Part shown: piece after piece, positions 17,406 through 26,188 of the stretch
How the letters are laid out: the number at the start of each line of letters is the position of its first letter
How positions within the stretch are numbered: position 1 is the stretch's first letter
Virus record (IMG/VR): IMGVR_UViG_3300048998_000237
Span: 1-47,611 of that record
Source: a virus
Lineage: Duplodnaviria; Caudoviricetes
Reading direction: 5' to 3' (one strand)
Length of the DNA stretch: 47,611 bases
Made by a program: the position numbers and the translations under genes
The notes under the pieces: model-generated
What the model saw: only the letters and a program-made list of their open reading frames with translations
Databases searched by the model: none
What the model was told of the DNA's origin: nothing

Positions 17406-19121
17406 TCAGCTCTCCATGTTCTCAGTGCCGAGGGTGGACCACTGAGTTTTCGACATCGTACCGGCGAAGGCCCCGTGGTGGTCGTCGATCGGCGGCGGGG
17501 TGAAGCCGAAGTTCTGCTGCATCACCGCGGCGAGCGCATCGCGCGAGGTGTCCGGTGCGGCGTCGGTGTTCGGCCGCAGGTCGTGCTTGAGCATCATGTA
17601 GTACTTCGCCGCGTCGATCGCGTGGTTGTCCTTGTCGCGGATCTGCTCCGCGATGTTCTTCTGCTCCTGCTGGATCAGCGTCTGCTTCGGCCGGCGGGCC
17701 CGACGGATCTCGTCGATGATCGCCGTCGTGCCCATGCACTGCTCCATCTCGGACCAGAGCAGCGGCTCGACCAGGCGTTCCCAGTCGGCGGCTTCGGAGT
17801 GCGCGATCTGCCACCACGGCCCCGGCAGCCCCGTCACCGGCGACACGCCGCCACGGCGCATCTGCTGGTACGAACGCATCTTGTCTAGGCCGACGTTGTA
17901 GTCGTTCGCCCGCGCGGCAGTGATGCCCTGCGTGTTGATGTGGATGCCGCCGAGCGAGTACGCCTGCTGGTTGGACAGACCGGTCTGGCCGTTCTCCCGC
18001 TTCGAGATCGCGGGGTCACCGATCCGCACGGCCGGTGCCCAGTTCGCCGGCAGGCTGAGCAGCCGCGCGATCGCGCGCTCCGCCGCCTTCACCCGGATGA
18101 TCCAGTCCTTGATGACGACGTTGGACTGGTACAGGCCGGCGAAGGTGACGATGCTGCCGTCGCAGCCGGCGGCGTGCCACAGCCATGCGGTCGGGTTCGC
18201 CAGGCCGTAGTCCATCGACGCGGTGATCGTCGGCACGCCGTCGTAGTCGGACCAGAAACTCGGGTCGCGGCGGAAGTGCGCCACGAACTCCGCGAGCTGG
18301 ATGACGTACGGCGCCTGCCGCTCGAAGGCGGGGAAGACGAGCCGGTCGTTCGTGTACCCGCCTTCGATGCGGATCTTCCGCTCCGCCGCGTTCATCGTGC
18401 CCTGCATTCGGGCGAGCTCGTCGACCGGCAGGTGCGTGTTGTCCAGCGTCGACACCCGGTGCACCGACACGTCGGTTCGGGTGCCGTCGTCGGCAGGCTC
18501 GATGAGGCCGTCCTGCAGCCACTCCATCTGGGTCACCGGCGTCTCCGTGATCGACCACGTGCCGCCGGTGTCGAGCACGCGCATCTCCGACTCTTTGAAG
18601 ATCGCCTGCGGCGGCTCCTCGTCGAAGTGGACATGGTCGAGCGAGACGGACTGGAACACGCCCGGCGACTGTTCGTACGACATGAACGAACACCACGAGC
18701 CGTCCGCGAGGAACAGCTTGTGCTCCGACTTCCGGTACGACACCTCCCACGAGCCGTCGATGAGGCTCGACGGCGGCAGCAGCTGCTGGAACAGCGGCAG
18801 GATCGCGTCACCGATGTGCCGGTCGAAGTCGGTGCCGATGACGCGGATGCGGCGCGGCCGGTCCGCGTACAGGTGGTTCCGGAACGGGTGGTTCCGCAGC
18901 AGGACCATGACGTCGTCGGCGCAGCCGCTGTACGTCTTCCCGGAGCGGTTACCGCCGAGCAGGATCCGGTTCTTCGTCAGGTCCCGGTGGAACAGGTCCT
19001 GCTTCGGCATCGGCTGGTAGTGGTTGATGTTCGGCGTCTCGTGCGCCGTCGTCAGGCGGCGCTCGAACCCGTCGAGGGCGCTCTGGACGTCGTCGCCGTT
19101 CTGTCGCCTACGCGGTGGCAA
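17406..19121 (-). CDS. terL: Terminase large subunit, 571 aa
   Basis: Walker A GGNRSGKT, Walker B HVHFDEEP, nuclease motifs SMDYG and DKDNHAIDAAKY. Confidence 0.95.
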   Translation of the reverse strand: MPPRRRQNGDDVQSALDGFERRLTTAHETPNINHYQPMPKQDLFHRDLTKNRILLGGNRSGKTYSGCADDVMVLLRNHPFRNHLYADRPRRIRVIGTDFDRHIGDAILPLFQQLLPPSSLIDGSWEVSYRKSEHKLFLADGSWCSFMSYEQSPGVFQSVSLDHVHFDEEPPQAIFKESEMRVLDTGGTWSITETPVTQMEWLQDGLIEPADDGTRTDVSVHRVSTLDNTHLPVDELARMQGTMNAAERKIRIEGGYTNDRLVFPAFERQAPYVIQLAEFVAHFRRDPSFWSDYDGVPTITASMDYGLANPTAWLWHAAGCDGSIVTFAGLYQSNVVIKDWIIRVKAAERAIARLLSLPANWAPAVRIGDPAISKRENGQTGLSNQQAYSLGGIHINTQGITAARANDYNVGLDKMRSYQQMRRGGVSPVTGLPGPWWQIAHSEAADWERLVEPLLWSEMEQCMGTTAIIDEIRRARRPKQTLIQQEQKNIAEQIRDKDNHAIDAAKYYMMLKHDLRPNTDAAPDTSRDALAAVMQQNFGFTPPPIDDHHGAFAGTMSKTQWSTLGTENMES

Positions 19122-19581
19122 GGATTGCCTCGGGGTCGTCGACGGTGAGGCCGAGGTCGGCGAGCATCTCGAGCAGCTGGCCGAGCTCGAGGCGCACCGA
19201 CAGCGTGCCGTTGAACCGGTTCGGGATGTACTCGCCGCCGGTCCAGCGGGCGAGGTCTTCCACGTCGACGTACGCCCACCAGCGGTGCGCGTTCGCCAGG
19301 CCGACGCCCTTGCGCTTCAGGATGAGCACGCCGTACTGGACGCCGCGGTTCTGCACCTCCGCCGCCGTCTCGAGGGTCCACTTCGCCAGCAGTCCGTCGC
19401 CGGCGTTCTCCGCCGCCTTGCCCGACTTCACCTCGAAGATGAAGTCGCCGCAGTGGCCGATGTCGCCTTCGTCCTGCGCTCCGGCGAGCGCGAGGCGCTC
19501 CGCCTGGGGGAAGTACGGGAGGACGATCTTGACCACGGCACTCTCGCCGGCCGTGCCGATCGCCTTGCTTCTGTTCACCAT
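19108..19581 (-). CDS. Holliday-junction resolvase (PD-(D/E)xK type), 157 aa
   Basis: NRSKAIGTAGE...ERLALAGAQDEGDI...IFEVK...LILKRKG, the typical actinophage resolvase pattern. Confidence 0.8.
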   Translation of the reverse strand: MVNRSKAIGTAGESAVVKIVLPYFPQAERLALAGAQDEGDIGHCGDFIFEVKSGKAAENAGDGLLAKWTLETAAEVQNRGVQYGVLILKRKGVGLANAHRWWAYVDVEDLARWTGGEYIPNRFNGTLSVRLELGQLLEMLADLGLTVDDPEAILATA

Positions 19582-19635
19582 GATGTGCTCCTTCTCGGGG
19601 ATGATGGGATCATCTCACACGAGCGAGGAGTCATC

Positions 19636-19953
19636 ATGGCCGGTCTGCCTGACGCACTCAGCGACAGCGTCGCTGACAAGAACGAACCCCCGAGCGCCTA
19701 CTACATGAACTGGCTCCTCGGCGGCGCCGACCAGCGCTCGCCGGGGGCGGTGACGCACCGGCTGGGCACGGAGCCGCACAACGCCGCGTCGGGCTCCCAC
19801 ACGCACAACGGCCAGGACAGTCAGTACCTGTTCGACCCGACACCGAGCCTGGCGCCGCTGGCGGCGACCGCGACGAACGCGCAGATCATCCAGAAGATCA
19901 ACGACATCGTCACGCACCTGGCGTCCCGCGGCGCCGGCGTGTCGCGCGGCTGA
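19636..19953 (+). CDS. Small putative minor tail/virion protein, 105 aa
   Basis: GAGGAG RBS and ATG at 19636. HRLGTEPHNAASGSHTHNGQDS resembles the HxLG..xAAxGxHxH motif of phage tail proteins; C-terminal helix. Confidence 0.65.
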   Translation: MAGLPDALSDSVADKNEPPSAYYMNWLLGGADQRSPGAVTHRLGTEPHNAASGSHTHNGQDSQYLFDPTPSLAPLAATATNAQIIQKINDIVTHLASRGAGVSRG

Positions 19954-19957
19954 CACG

Positions 19958-20033
19958 ACGAAGCGCCCTGGCGGTCGATGTCACGGAGCTCCCGAAGGAG
20001 TGGATCCGGCTTGCACCCGCCAGGGCGCTTCGT
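19958..20033. terminator. Bidirectional terminator / structured element between convergent genes
   Basis: Perfect 17-bp stem acgaagcgccctggcgg/ccgccagggcgcttcgt enclosing a 42-nt loop with an inner ctcc-cgaa-ggag hairpin. Confidence 0.7.
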
Positions 20034-20045
20034 TCTGGGAGCAGC

Positions 20046-21011
20046 CTACTGGTAGTCGTACCCGGTGGGCAGCAAGACCTCGGTGCCCTTCGCGACGTGT
20101 GCGGTACCGTCGAAGCGGCCGTTGAGGAACGCGATCTCGTCCGGGCGGCTCAGCCCCAGCTCGGTCGCGATCTCCCGCCACGTGGTGTCGTCGGGGGCGA
20201 CGTACTTGTGCTGCGTCCCGCCGAGGTACTCGGGCACCTCGTCGTCGTCGGAGCGGATCGTGTCGCCACGGCCGGACTCGCCGATGCGGTCGAGCAGCTT
20301 CTCGTTCGGCGGCACCTCGTCGTCGAACTGCTCGCGCGTGTCGAACTTCGGCAGCGTCGCGTTCTTCGCCTCACGCTCGCGGTCGGCGGCGTCCTGGTGC
20401 TCCTCGGAGTACGCCTGCGCACCGTCACCGGTGGGGGTCGGGTAGTCGCTCGGCGACTCCTTCTCCTCGTCGGTCAGGTCCTCAGTGTTCTTCCGCCACT
20501 TCGGCACGCCGGTGTTCGCCTCGTAGAGCGCCTTCGCGTCCTCGTCGCTGATCTCGCTGACGTTGGACTTCGCCTCCTCCTGGCGCTCGTCGAGCGACGC
20601 CTGGATCTCCTCCGCCTGCTCGACGCCCTCCGTGGAGGTGCCGTGCTGCTCGAGCAGCTGCAGCTGGGTGACTTCGGCGACGGCGGGGTCGCCGGCCTTG
20701 TCGCTCACCGGCGCGTCGTCGTCGTCGGAGCCGTCGTCCTCGTTCTCCGCGGCAGGCTGCACGGAGGCGCCGCCGCCGGTGCCGGCGGTGGGCGTGCCGT
20801 CCTTGTCGGAGTCGGATTCGTCCGGCGTGGCGTCCGCACCGGTGTCCTGGGTGCCGCCGGTGTCGGCGTTGAACAGGCGGGTGATGAGCTCCTCCTTGGT
20901 GCCGGAGCTGAGGATTCGCTCGCCGTCGGGGTTGGCGTCGTTGCGTCGCGTGATCTCGGCGACGAGGTCTTCCTTGGTGTGCTCGGCGTAGTCGCCGGTG
21001 ATCTCAGCCAT
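20046..21011 (-). CDS. SAP/Rho-N-like domain + acidic linker + C-terminal LysM protein, 321 aa
   Basis: YAEHTKEDLVAEITRR...SGTKEELITRL is SAP-like; YVAPDDTTWREIATELGL...IAFLNG...VAKGTEVLLP is LysM-like. Confidence 0.75.
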   Translation of the reverse strand: MAEITGDYAEHTKEDLVAEITRRNDANPDGERILSSGTKEELITRLFNADTGGTQDTGADATPDESDSDKDGTPTAGTGGGASVQPAAENEDDGSDDDDAPVSDKAGDPAVAEVTQLQLLEQHGTSTEGVEQAEEIQASLDERQEEAKSNVSEISDEDAKALYEANTGVPKWRKNTEDLTDEEKESPSDYPTPTGDGAQAYSEEHQDAADREREAKNATLPKFDTREQFDDEVPPNEKLLDRIGESGRGDTIRSDDDEVPEYLGGTQHKYVAPDDTTWREIATELGLSRPDEIAFLNGRFDGTAHVAKGTEVLLPTGYDYQ

Positions 21012-21264
21012 TGCTGGTTCCGTCCTTCAGGTAGCGGTAGTAGTCGTCGGCCCGGGCCATCACCTCGGTTGGCGTGCCACCTGCGCTCTGGGCCACCTGT
21101 AGCGCCTGCAGCCTCAGAGTAGCGTCGTCCTGCGCCGCGGGGGCAGAACCGGCCAGGAGCGCCTCCTGCTGATTCGCCGCGCGGGCACCGACAACACCGA
21201 GCTCGTCGTTACTCGTCGCTGTCGTCGAAGGTGTCGTCGTGCTGGTGCTTTCGTTCTCGTCCAC
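21004..21264 (-). CDS. Hypothetical protein, 86 aa
   Basis: GAGGAG RBS before GTG 21264; LRLQALQVA...VMARADDYYRYL helix pattern. Confidence 0.65.
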   Translation of the reverse strand: MDENESTSTTTPSTTATSNDELGVVGARAANQQEALLAGSAPAAQDDATLRLQALQVAQSAGGTPTEVMARADDYYRYLKDGTSNG

Positions 21265-22024
21265 GGCTGAACTCCTCTGCGGTGTAGGTGCGTGGGTGGT
21301 CCGTCTTCGTGCTCGCATCATGCTGCACGAAGCTGCCCATGTACTGCTCGAGCGGCAGGAACGGCGTCGCCTGGTCGGCGACGTAGTCGCGGGCCTTCGC
21401 TGCACCGGACGTCTTCGGGTAGTACGGGTCGTTCGCCCCGTGCCAGGCGTTGTGGCACATGGAGCAGATCAGGTGGACGTTCTCCTCGTCGCCGATACCG
21501 AGCGAGGTCTTCGCGTTGTTCAGCGTGTTCTTGTCCGGCCCGTGGTGCAGGTCCGTCGCCGGGTAGCCGGCGCAGCCGACGATCGGCTCGATGCCACCGC
21601 CGGCCGCGGCAAGCATCGCCCACTCGCACATCTTGCCGACCGGGATCGGGTACATGCGGGCGACCCGCTTGCGGCCGGTGGACTGCGGATCCTTCAGCGC
21701 GCCGATGTCGTCCTTCGAGGGCCACGCCTCCGGGTGGATGTACCCGGACTTGCCGCGCGCGGACTGGCCGGTGCCCGACGCCGCGGTGAGGGCCCGCGCC
21801 TCGGATTCGATGTCGACGCCGTCGAGCTCCGTCTGGCCGTTGATCTCGGCACGGAGCAGGGCGAGGATCTCCTCGCGGAGCCGGTAGTCCTCACCGCAGC
21901 AGCACGAGTCGGCCACTTCGAGAGACATGTCGAACGCCGTCTCGCAGGATGCGTGCCACCCCGCCTTGCAGGCCGGGCAGACGTCGTCGGCGTCGCGGCC
22001 GTTGGCGAGCACGTAGTCGCTCAC
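21209..22024 (-). CDS. Cys-rich HNH-like endonuclease, 271 aa
   Basis: DLHHGPDKNTLNN...NVHLICSMCHNAWH and an N-terminal CPAC/CCC cluster; GTGA overlap with the upstream gene. Confidence 0.7.
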   Translation of the reverse strand: MSDYVLANGRDADDVCPACKAGWHASCETAFDMSLEVADSCCCGEDYRLREEILALLRAEINGQTELDGVDIESEARALTAASGTGQSARGKSGYIHPEAWPSKDDIGALKDPQSTGRKRVARMYPIPVGKMCEWAMLAAAGGGIEPIVGCAGYPATDLHHGPDKNTLNNAKTSLGIGDEENVHLICSMCHNAWHGANDPYYPKTSGAAKARDYVADQATPFLPLEQYMGSFVQHDASTKTDHPRTYTAEEFSRGRERKHQHDDTFDDSDE

Positions 22025-22119
22025 AGCACGGCCTCCGTCGCCCACAGCGCGCCCACCGCGGTCACGATGATGCAGACGACGAAGACCGCCGTCCAAAGCC
22101 ACCTCGTGCGTCGGCTCAT
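22021..22119 (-). CDS. Small membrane protein, 32 aa (MSRRTRWLWTAVFVVCIIVTAVGALWATEAVL)
   Basis: Fills the gap exactly, with ATGA and GTGA overlaps at the two ends; single TM helix. Confidence 0.65.
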   Translation of the reverse strand: MSRRTRWLWTAVFVVCIIVTAVGALWATEAVL

Positions 22120-22349
22120 CGGGACTCCAACAGGGCGATGAGTTCCTTCTGAGCGGCGAGTCGTTGCGTCAGCGACAGCAGCATCCCCCGGTCACGCTCG
22201 TACCGGAGCCGGTGGGCCGTGCAGCAGGTATGGCGCTCCTCCGGCACCTCGGGTGCATCGATGCCTTTCAGGTAGCGCATCGTCTCCATCGTCTTCTCGT
22301 ACATGGCAGCGAGCGCCAGGTCGGCCTGCTCGGCGGTGAGCTCCTTCAT
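22116..22349 (-). CDS. Hypothetical protein, 77 aa
   Basis: ATGA-coupled to the primase gene; GAGGGA RBS. Confidence 0.7.
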   Translation of the reverse strand: MKELTAEQADLALAAMYEKTMETMRYLKGIDAPEVPEERHTCCTAHRLRYERDRGMLLSLTQRLAAQKELIALLESR

Positions 22350-25015
22350 CGTTCCCTCTCATCATCCAGGTACGTGAACTCAGGCACCCGGACCTTGGTG
22401 ACGATGCCGGCGAAGATCGACGGGTCGCCCTTCATCGACAGCGGGTGGCGGGTCATCATGTCCCGGTTGAACTTCATCACGGTCAGCGGTGCCATGCCGC
22501 GCTCGTACATCCAGCGGCGGTACAGCTGGAACAGCTGGTCGCGGTCGATGCCCTTCGTGCGGTCGTCGATGACATCGACCTCGTCGGAGAGGAAGCGGAA
22601 CAGTTCGTCCTCCTCCTGCTCGTACATGAGGGTCGCGTTGATGACCTTCTGCGGGTCGCGCAGCTGGCCGGTGGCGAGGATCTCCTTCGCACCGTCGATC
22701 GCCCACGCGAGGATCGCGGGGCCTTCTTCGGCGACGAGCTCGCGGACCAGCTGCGGGTTCTGCAGGTGGATCGGCATGATCGCGCCGAAGTCGATCTTGC
22801 GGACGCGGCGCCAGAAGCCGGAGCCCCCCACCTCCACGCGGGGCAGGTGGTTCGCGGCGAGGAAGTGCGTGCCCTGGTTCATGAACGTGATGTAGTCCTT
22901 GTTCATGAAACGGCCGGTGAGCTTGGGCTCACCGGCGAGCTGCTTCACCAGATCCTCGTCGAACGTCGCGTTCGGCGGGACCTCGCTGGCGACGGCGAGG
23001 CGCACCCCGCGGAGCCGCGCGATGTCGGTCGGGTGTGTCTCGTTGCGGCTGGCGACGAGGAACTTCCGCGGCATCTGCAGGGCGTAGTCGCCGAGGATGT
23101 CGGCGAAGACCTCGAGCAGCGTCGTCTTCCCGTTGGCACCGGGGCCGAGAAAGATCGGGAAGATGTGCCAGCGGAGCTCACCGATCAGCGCTGCGCCGAA
23201 CAGCCGCTGCAGGTAGTCGACCATGTCGGTGTCGCCCTGCATCGCCCAGAGGATGAACTCGTCGAAGCGCGGCCGGGGCATGTTCCAGTCGGCACCGACG
23301 TGGGTGGACTTGGTTACGAAGTCGCGTTCCGCGACGGCGGGGCGCGTGGTGCCGGCGCGGAGGTCGATGATGCCGTCGGGGGTGGCGAGCACGTACGGGT
23401 CGGCGTCGAGCGTCGCGGTGCTGACGGAGATCGACGGGAGCGATTCGGTGAGGCTGATCGCGGAGGTGATCGCGCCGCGGCTCATCGACTTGCGGAACCA
23501 CTTCTGGGCCGCCTCGTGCTGCGCTTCGGTGTACAGGCGGACGAACGATGCCTTCGCCATCTCGACGACACGGCCCTGCTCGTCGAGCACGTACCGGTGG
23601 CCGTCCCAGAAGTGCCAGCCGAGGCCGGGCACGTGGATGAACGAGCCGCTGAACACCTGCGCGAGATGCTCGGCGTTGCCGGACTCGGTCTGGTACATCG
23701 CGGAGAGGCGCTCCTTGCGGTCCTCATCCATCATCGGCACCATCGCCAGGTTGCCCCACGAGGAGACGACGGTCATGTCGCCGGCGTGCATCGGCAGGCC
23801 GGAGTGCAGGTCGGTGACGGGGGCGATGTGCTCCGTTGCCGCTGCCACCTGATCGGGCACGGCCGGTGCGACGGGGGCAAGGTCCTGCGTGGTCGACGGC
23901 AGGGCGGTGACGGGCGCGTTCTTCTGCTGCCACATCTCGAGGATGCTCTGCTCTGCACCGTGGTCGTGCCCGCGGAGCTCGAGGCTGAGCTTCTTTGCGT
24001 CCCACTTCTGCGCCATGCCGAGGCCGTACTGCAGGATGTCCCGCAGCTCCTTGTCGTTCAGCGGGCGCACCGGCGCGCGGTTCTCGGTCAGCCACCGCAT
24101 CCGCTCCGTCAGCGCAGCGATGAGCGCGTCGTAGCGCTCCTTCGTGACGCAGCCGTTGCGCACGAGGCCGTAGATGAGGGCCGCGATCTTCAGCGCCCAC
24201 TGGTGCCGGGCGCCGGGGTCGGAGCTGCGGATCTCGGAGAGGATGACGGTGGAGAGGGAGCAGTTCGTCTCCGCGAACCCCCAGTCGGAGTGCGGCGAGA
24301 CGACGGCGGTATTCAGCTCGACGTGGTGCTCGCGCGGGATCTCGTACTCGTCGAGGATCTGATCGATCTCCTCGTACGTGAACCCCTGCCCGTGGTCGCT
24401 GAACTCGATCGCCGTGGCGACCGGGCGCGTCGGGTCCTTCAGGTTGTCCGGGCCGGGCACGCGCAGCACGCGCGGCAGGTCGAAGACGTTGTCGACGTTG
24501 CCTTGCCGGGCGGTGGCGAAGTGCTGCACGAGCAGCCCCCAGCGCAGCAGCAGGCCCTCGAGCTTCTCGCTGGTGACCAGGTCGCCGTCGGTGATGACGC
24601 CGTCGAGGCGCCAGTACGGCTGCAGGCCGTGGCCGGAGGTGACGATCGCGGTCGGCTCGAGGCCGAGCGCGGAGGACAGGTCGGCGATGAGCTCGCGCGC
24701 GGTGTGCTCGTTGCCCATGCCGGGCCGGGTGGCGGAGACGTCCTTGTAGTCGATGTCGGCGTACAGGGCGGAGAGGGCGACGATGTCGCTGGCGCTGCTG
24801 CGCCCGCCGTTGCGGGAGGTGTACTTCGAGGGCTGCACCTCGAACCAGACGTTCTTCTGCTGGTCGGCCTGCATGTCGACGGCCTTGTCGACGTTCTCCC
24901 AGGCGATGTAGGGACTGGTGGCGGGTTCGCCGGGGTGCTGCAATAGCAGACGAACCGACTGGCCTTCACGGCCGAGCGCTGTGAGCAGCGCCCGGAGCGA
25001 CGACGGTGACGACAT
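22346..25015 (-). CDS. DNA primase/helicase (RepB-like primase + D5/P4-type SF3 helicase), 889 aa
   Basis: LYADIDYK, TSGHGLQPYW and PRVLRVPG (primase); GPGANGKTT Walker A, LAVASEV and LAANHLP (SF3 helicase). Confidence 0.92.
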   Translation of the reverse strand: MSSPSSLRALLTALGREGQSVRLLLQHPGEPATSPYIAWENVDKAVDMQADQQKNVWFEVQPSKYTSRNGGRSSASDIVALSALYADIDYKDVSATRPGMGNEHTARELIADLSSALGLEPTAIVTSGHGLQPYWRLDGVITDGDLVTSEKLEGLLLRWGLLVQHFATARQGNVDNVFDLPRVLRVPGPDNLKDPTRPVATAIEFSDHGQGFTYEEIDQILDEYEIPREHHVELNTAVVSPHSDWGFAETNCSLSTVILSEIRSSDPGARHQWALKIAALIYGLVRNGCVTKERYDALIAALTERMRWLTENRAPVRPLNDKELRDILQYGLGMAQKWDAKKLSLELRGHDHGAEQSILEMWQQKNAPVTALPSTTQDLAPVAPAVPDQVAAATEHIAPVTDLHSGLPMHAGDMTVVSSWGNLAMVPMMDEDRKERLSAMYQTESGNAEHLAQVFSGSFIHVPGLGWHFWDGHRYVLDEQGRVVEMAKASFVRLYTEAQHEAAQKWFRKSMSRGAITSAISLTESLPSISVSTATLDADPYVLATPDGIIDLRAGTTRPAVAERDFVTKSTHVGADWNMPRPRFDEFILWAMQGDTDMVDYLQRLFGAALIGELRWHIFPIFLGPGANGKTTLLEVFADILGDYALQMPRKFLVASRNETHPTDIARLRGVRLAVASEVPPNATFDEDLVKQLAGEPKLTGRFMNKDYITFMNQGTHFLAANHLPRVEVGGSGFWRRVRKIDFGAIMPIHLQNPQLVRELVAEEGPAILAWAIDGAKEILATGQLRDPQKVINATLMYEQEEDELFRFLSDEVDVIDDRTKGIDRDQLFQLYRRWMYERGMAPLTVMKFNRDMMTRHPLSMKGDPSIFAGIVTKVRVPEFTYLDDERER

Positions 25016-25113
25016 GGGGCTCCTTCTCGGGGATGCGGGTTCCGTTACGACGAACGGGCCGCTCGACGATCGTACCGTCGAGCGACCCGTTCAGGGCGCG
25101 TACCGGAGGTGGG

Positions 25114-26058
25114 TCAGATCGCGATCGCGGACTCGAACGCGTCCTTGTCCACGGCGTACTTGGTCGACAGCGACTGGACCGCGAGGTCGTGGTCGATGCC
25201 ACCGGCGATCAGCATCTCGTAGTCCTTCCGGGCAGCGGCCGTGTCGAACGCCGGCGCCTGGACCGTGGGCTGCGGGGCAGCCTCCGCGGTCGGGGTGGGC
25301 GTGGCGACGGGCTGCTGCACCGGCTGGGCGACGGGCTGCTGTGCCACCTGCACGGGCGCCGCGGGCTGCGGTGCCGGTGCTGCGGCGACGGGCTGCTGGA
25401 CGGGCTGGTCCTGGACCTGCACCGGGGCCACCTGCGCCGGTGCGGCCGAAGCCACGGGCGTGTTGGTCGTCGGGAACGAGGTCTGTGCCTGCACGTTCGG
25501 CGTGGTCGGCTGGCTGGGTGCCAGTGCCGACTCCACCTGTCGCTGCTCCGGTGCGACGTACGGGGTCGGGTCCGTGATCGTGACGGTGTAGAGCTTCGTC
25601 GGGTAGCCGCGTCCGTTCTTCGGGGGGCGGAACCCGGTGAGGGCGATCGTCACCTTCGTACCGATGCCGAAGCGCTTCAGCCCGAGCCGCTTCATCTCCT
25701 CCTGCAGCGCCTGCTGGCTCTGGCCCTTGAAGAAGAAGCGGCGGTTCAGCTCGTCGTCGTCGCCGTCGAGGTAGTTCGACGGGTCGACGTTCGTCGACAC
25801 CAGCGTGCCGGTGATGACGAGATTGAGCTTCGGCTTGCCGTCGGGCCAGAACTCCGGCTGCTGGGTGTCGAAGTCGCGCTGCTGGACGACGTCGAGGTCC
25901 TCGATCGTCTGCAGCGTGTACTCCGTGCCCACAGCGGCCGGCACGGCGTTGCCGTACGCGTCGGAGAACTGGAACTTGATGGTGGGGATGGACCGCCCCT
26001 GTGCGACGCCCCAGGGGTCGATACCCGAGAGGTCCGCGCTGTCGGTGAACTCAGCCAT
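25114..26058 (-). CDS. Single-stranded DNA-binding protein-like, 314 aa, with a Pro/Gln/Ala-rich linker
   Basis: QQRDFDTQQPEFWPDGKPKLNLVIT...RRFFFKG...TKLYTV, the actinophage SSB pattern; lies in the replication cluster. Confidence 0.7.
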   Translation of the reverse strand: MAEFTDSADLSGIDPWGVAQGRSIPTIKFQFSDAYGNAVPAAVGTEYTLQTIEDLDVVQQRDFDTQQPEFWPDGKPKLNLVITGTLVSTNVDPSNYLDGDDDELNRRFFFKGQSQQALQEEMKRLGLKRFGIGTKVTIALTGFRPPKNGRGYPTKLYTVTITDPTPYVAPEQRQVESALAPSQPTTPNVQAQTSFPTTNTPVASAAPAQVAPVQVQDQPVQQPVAAAPAPQPAAPVQVAQQPVAQPVQQPVATPTPTAEAAPQPTVQAPAFDTAAARKDYEMLIAGGIDHDLAVQSLSTKYAVDKDAFESAIAI

Positions 26059-26136
26059 GTTGTTTCCTTGTCTGTTGCGTGAATGAGCAAATTGGATGTT
26101 GCGTCAGTGTGCGTTTTGTATGTTGTTCACATTAGT

Positions 26137-26145
26137 AACTTGTCA
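26137..26145 (-). promoter_or_regulatory. Extended -10-like element TGACAAGTT upstream of the SSB gene
   Basis: AT-rich leader at 26060-26150; shares agtaactt(g/a)tca with 28648-28659. Confidence 0.4.
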
Positions 26146-26188
26146 TCTTGGTACACGGTAGCCGGTCACCCGGGCCACCGCAAGTCTC

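Noticed and set aside
19958-20033. 76-nt structured element as a tRNA
   Set aside because: No T-loop GTTCRA, D-loop or cloverleaf; the closing stem is 17 bp.
22445-24946. 833-aa + strand ORF (likewise 8337..10496, 11671..12969, 17940..19148 and 28828..30387)
   Set aside because: Antisense to the primase-helicase, nozzle, capsid, TerL and helicase genes, which have clear motifs.
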